NCBI GenBank assembly: GCA_934748015.1
Contig: CAKVHF010000001.1
Coordinates: forward strand, 80,918 to 144,917
Reading direction: 5' to 3'
Length of the DNA: 64,000 nt
Origin: an uncultured Clostridia bacterium
GTDB lineage: Bacteria > Bacillota > Clostridia > Christensenellales > UBA1242
Under the pieces are notes generated by a model, which worked only from the letters and a program-made list of their open reading frames with translations, made no database searches and was not told where the DNA came from. Of this stretch, positions 60,465-64,000 are shown piece by piece. The position numbers and the translations under genes were made by a program. The first letter of the stretch is position 1. The number at the start of each line of letters is the position of its first letter.

Positions 60465-63400
60465 ACTTCAAACAGATAGAGATGGTAGGTTTCAAATCTT
60501 TTGCCGATCCAGTCAAGATTGTTTGGCAACCGGGTATCAATGCGATAGTTGGACCCAATGGCTGTGGCAAAAGTAATGTAGCCGATGCGATCAAGTGGGT
60601 CTTGGGTGAGCAGAGTAGTAAGAACTTGCGTGGTGACACAATGCAAGATGTTATATTCAAAGGAACTGAAAAGCGAAAAGGCACAAGTTATTGCGAAGTA
60701 TCCCTTTGCTTTGATAACTCCAACAAACTCTTCAACACACCTTTTGAAGAATTTACGATTACAAGAAAATTGTATAAGAATGGCGATAGCGAATACATGC
60801 TTAACAATACTCCTTGTAGACTAAAGCAGATTGTAGAGATTTTGCACAACACAGGTGTTGGCAAAGGCGGTTATTCTATCATCAGCCAAGGTATGGTTAG
60901 CAAGATTTTGCAGTCTAAGCCAGAGGAAAGAAGAGTAATATTTGAGGAAGCAGCCGGCATAGCAGGCTACAAGGCAAAAAAGGTTGAAGCGGAAAGAAAA
61001 CTAGAGCGAACCCAAGCCAACTTAGACAATATCCAAAATATTTTGACCGAAATAGACAGACAATTAGCACCCCTTAAGAAGCAATCTGAGACGGCAAAAG
61101 TCTATCTAAAACTTAAAGAAGAATTGAAACTATTAGAGGTAAATGCATATATTTATCAATATGATTATGCTAGCGAAAATAAGGAAATAATCAATGCCAA
61201 GATTGATGCAATAGTTAAGGATCTTAATGCAAAGCAGTCAGAACTGGATAAGGTTGTTGAAAGATATAATAGTGACTTTGACAAACTTAATAACCTAGAT
61301 ATTGATGTCAAGGCGGTGCATGGTCGTATCTTGGATCTAACCGTGCAGTTAGAGAAGCAATATGGTCAGAGCAGTCTTGTTCAAGAGAAGATCAAGAACC
61401 TTGTTGTGGAAGTGGATCGTATTAAGGATCAGATCACATCTAATGAGAAGAAAATAGATCAGACTAACATCGATCTATATAACAACAAGAATGCAAAAAC
61501 TGCCAAAGAGAATGAAGTAATAGTGTCCAAAAATAAATTGGGCGAATACGAAAATAGTTATAGAGACATATGCAAAGAACTGCAGGTGGGCGAAGAAGAG
61601 GCAATGGATATGCAGAAGGATCTATTTGCGTCTCTTGACAAGTTGTCTGATGTTAAGGCTAAAGTAAGTGCCCTTAGAGTAGAGGATGACAACTACACCG
61701 CCAATCTTAATCTAGCAATGTCTGATAAAGCGGAGCTTAACCGCAAACTTAACGAGTTGGTTGAACAAGAGAACTTGAATTTAACCAAATTACAAGAATT
61801 TGCCAACAACAAGAAGCAGTTGGAAGGCGAAGTTAGCAAATACACCCAAGCCCACAACAACTTGCTTGGTGATATAAGACTAACTGAGAGCAAACTTAAC
61901 GATTGCAATTCCAACCGTATCAGCCTTAGACAGCATCTTACTATATATCAATCTATGCAGAAGGAATATGAGGGTTTTGCAGGATCGGTAAGAAAATTAT
62001 TGAAAGATGCCGAAAACAATCAGGAATTGAAACGCAGAATTATAGGTGTTGTTGCCAATCTTATTAAGGTGGAAGACAAATATCAGACTGCTATCGAGAT
62101 GGCACTGGGCAATGCAGTTCAGAACATTGTCACTGCATCTGATGAATATGCTAAGTACCTTATATCTTATCTTAAGTCACACGAGTATGGCAGAGTAACA
62201 TTCTTGCCTCTTAACTCGGTTAAAACAAGAAAGTTTGACGATAGATATGTTAGATATCTTAGTGATCGTGGTGTGTTGGGTATTGCTAGTAAGCTTATCA
62301 AATATGATAGCAATATCGAGCCGGTTATATCCAGCCTACTTGGAACAACAGTTATTGTTGATACATCAGATACAGCGGTAGAGTTGGCTAAACAGACAGG
62401 TTATTCATTTAGGATAGTAACATTGGATGGCGACATAATTTCTACCCAAGGTAGCATAACTGGTGGTAGCAAAAAGACTCAAGGCACTAATATTTTGAGC
62501 CGTGAGACTGAAATTGCTGAAACAAGCAAAATGTTAAGCAAATTGGATGCAGAATATAGCGAGTTATCGAGCAAATTGACACATTTTCAGAAAGAGTATG
62601 AGGATGTTAATAGCAAGATGACAGAACTTAGCAATAATATCCACAATATTGAGATAGAATATGCTAAAGTAAACGAAATATATGCCAATATCAATGCTAA
62701 CAAGGTTGCTACTCAGAATGATATGGTGAAATTGGATGGCAGTATTGGTAAATATAACCAAATGTTACAAAGTATCCATAATGAGTTGGCAAAACTAGAG
62801 TCTGCTGAGGGTGAAATTAGTGAGCAAAAGAACAATTTTGGCACTAACCAGAATGACTTTGCTGTTCTTAAGAATAGACGAGAAGAATATATCAATAAGA
62901 TAACCGAACTTAAGATATATATTGCAGGCAGAGAGAGTGAAATCTTGGCACTTGATCAAGAAATTGACAGACTTAATGCTGAGATCGGTGACATCACTGC
63001 TAACAATGTTGAGTTGCAGAAAGTATATAATCTTAACAATGCAATGTTGGAAGAGTATAAGAAGAGTACTGATATTAGTGCTATGGAGATTGCTAACACA
63101 TCGGTTGAACAGACTTTGCGACAAGAGAAGGCAAAACTGGAAGAATTGGAAAACAGCAAGTCTACATTGCAGAGCGATCTAAGATATTATGATGAAGAAA
63201 GACTACGTCTTATGGAAGAGGTTAACAAACTTCAAGACAAAAAATATCAACAAGATCTTAACCTAACCAAGGTGGATACTGATATTGAGACAATGCAAGA
63301 ACGTGTATGGGAAGAGTACGAGTTGACTTATGCTAGTGCATTGCAATATAAGCAAGATATCTTCGATCTTAAGTCTGCTTTGCCGGAGATCAATAGATTA

Positions 63401-64000
63401 AAAAGACAAATCCAAGGACTAGGCAATATCAATATCAATGCAATCGAAGATTACAAATTGCTAGAGGCGAGACATGGCAACATGTATGAGCAGGCACAAG
63501 ACCTTATCAAGGCAGAGAATGATATCAAGGATATTATCAAATCATTGTCGGAAGAGATGACAGAAATATTTGTAACCGCTTTTGATAAGATTAACGAGAA
63601 TTTTGGTGTTATATTTAAGGAACTATTTGGTGGTGGTAAAGCATCATTGCAATTATTGGATGCACCAACAGTCCTAGACGCAGGTGTAGAGATCGTTGCA
63701 GTTCCACCAGAGAAGAAACTTAATAGTACTAAGCTTCTTTCGGGTGGTGAACAGGCATTGGTTGCTATCGCAATCCTATTTGCGATACTAAAACTAAAGC
63801 CTATGCCATTCTGCTTGCTGGACGAGATCGAAGCACCACTAGACGAAGCTAACGTATATAGATTTGTTCAATATCTTAAACGTTATGCAGGTGAGACACA
63901 GTTCGTGGTTATTACCCACAAGAAGCCAACAATGGAATACTCCGATTGCCTATTTGGTATCACTATGGAAGAAAAGGGTGTATCCAAGGTTGTGTCAGTT
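60461..64000 (+). CDS. smc: Chromosome partition protein Smc (3' end cut by window edge, 1,180 codons present)
   Basis: Absent from the ORF track because there is no stop in the window. ATGA overlap with rnc. MNFKQIEMVGFKSFADPVKIVWQPGINAIVGPNGCGKSNVADAIKWVLGEQS (Walker A). Long coiled coils. Hinge region. C-terminal LSGGEQALVAIAILFAILKLKPMPFCLLDEIEAPLDEAN (signature + Walker B). Confidence 0.93.
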   Translation, partial: MNFKQIEMVGFKSFADPVKIVWQPGINAIVGPNGCGKSNVADAIKWVLGEQSSKNLRGDTMQDVIFKGTEKRKGTSYCEVSLCFDNSNKLFNTPFEEFTITRKLYKNGDSEYMLNNTPCRLKQIVEILHNTGVGKGGYSIISQGMVSKILQSKPEERRVIFEEAAGIAGYKAKKVEAERKLERTQANLDNIQNILTEIDRQLAPLKKQSETAKVYLKLKEELKLLEVNAYIYQYDYASENKEIINAKIDAIVKDLNAKQSELDKVVERYNSDFDKLNNLDIDVKAVHGRILDLTVQLEKQYGQSSLVQEKIKNLVVEVDRIKDQITSNEKKIDQTNIDLYNNKNAKTAKENEVIVSKNKLGEYENSYRDICKELQVGEEEAMDMQKDLFASLDKLSDVKAKVSALRVEDDNYTANLNLAMSDKAELNRKLNELVEQENLNLTKLQEFANNKKQLEGEVSKYTQAHNNLLGDIRLTESKLNDCNSNRISLRQHLTIYQSMQKEYEGFAGSVRKLLKDAENNQELKRRIIGVVANLIKVEDKYQTAIEMALGNAVQNIVTASDEYAKYLISYLKSHEYGRVTFLPLNSVKTRKFDDRYVRYLSDRGVLGIASKLIKYDSNIEPVISSLLGTTVIVDTSDTAVELAKQTGYSFRIVTLDGDIISTQGSITGGSKKTQGTNILSRETEIAETSKMLSKLDAEYSELSSKLTHFQKEYEDVNSKMTELSNNIHNIEIEYAKVNEIYANINANKVATQNDMVKLDGSIGKYNQMLQSIHNELAKLESAEGEISEQKNNFGTNQNDFAVLKNRREEYINKITELKIYIAGRESEILALDQEIDRLNAEIGDITANNVELQKVYNLNNAMLEEYKKSTDISAMEIANTSVEQTLRQEKAKLEELENSKSTLQSDLRYYDEERLRLMEEVNKLQDKKYQQDLNLTKVDTDIETMQERVWEEYELTYASALQYKQDIFDLKSALPEINRLKRQIQGLGNININAIEDYKLLEARHGNMYEQAQDLIKAENDIKDIIKSLSEEMTEIFVTAFDKINENFGVIFKELFGGGKASLQLLDAPTVLDAGVEIVAVPPEKKLNSTKLLSGGEQALVAIAILFAILKLKPMPFCLLDEIEAPLDEANVYRFVQYLKRYAGETQFVVITHKKPTMEYSDCLFGITMEEKGVSKVVSV

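Noticed and set aside
49009-63182. Antisense or alternate-frame ORFs in the downstream genes (for example 49009-49332, 50327-50746, 52809-53273, 54966-55280, 57134-57418, 59431-59829, 60254-60646, 60585-60824, 62795-63124).
   Set aside because: Embedded in longer, better-supported ORFs (Ig-repeat protein, 942-aa membrane protein, plsX, rnc, smc). The smc frame is open through the window end, which explains why only its shadow ORFs appear in the track.

Overview
AT-rich (about one-third G+C by eye) bacterial chromosome, standard genetic code (TGA is used as a stop). Gene order is typical of Bacillota/Firmicutes. All calls rest on motif recognition by eye and on the supplied ORF track; no searches were run.

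**Region 1 (1-14042), ordinary core genes.** This is the distal S10 operon plus the spc and alpha operons: rplB (5' partial), rpsS, rplV, rpsC, rplP, rpmC, rpsQ, rplN, rplX, rplE, rpsN (Zn type), rpsH, rplF, rplR, rpsE, rpmD, rplO, secY, adk, map, a small KOW protein, infA, rpmJ (38 aa, missing from the ORF track), rpsM, rpsK, rpsD, rpoA and rplQ.

**Region 2 (14267-16733).** A small kinase-like protein with a degenerate P-loop, then transketolase.

**Region 3 (17230-58246), the unusual part.**
- One uninterrupted 28,386-nt ORF (44% of the window) encodes a 9,461-aa predicted lipoprotein.
- It is built from several cassettes of degenerate GLUG-type (x-V/I-G-G-I/L-V/A-G) beta-solenoid repeats, separated by Ig-like or unknown regions.
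- It ends in an NlpC/P60-like cysteine peptidase domain.
- It is followed by a set of envelope genes, most of them uncharacterised: a convergent N-anchored repeat protein, a serine D,D-carboxypeptidase, a 1,186-aa Ig-repeat protein with a C-terminal TM anchor, a 942-aa polytopic membrane protein with VirB6/TrbL-like topology and a long coiled-coil tail, and a two-gene operon of highly charged proteins.

**Region 4 (58769-64000).** Core genes plsX, rnc and smc (3' partial), tightly overlapped.

No tRNA, rRNA, CRISPR array, transposase, integrase or reverse transcriptase was recognised. The best candidate for an undescribed system is the giant lipoprotein together with its envelope-gene neighbourhood.
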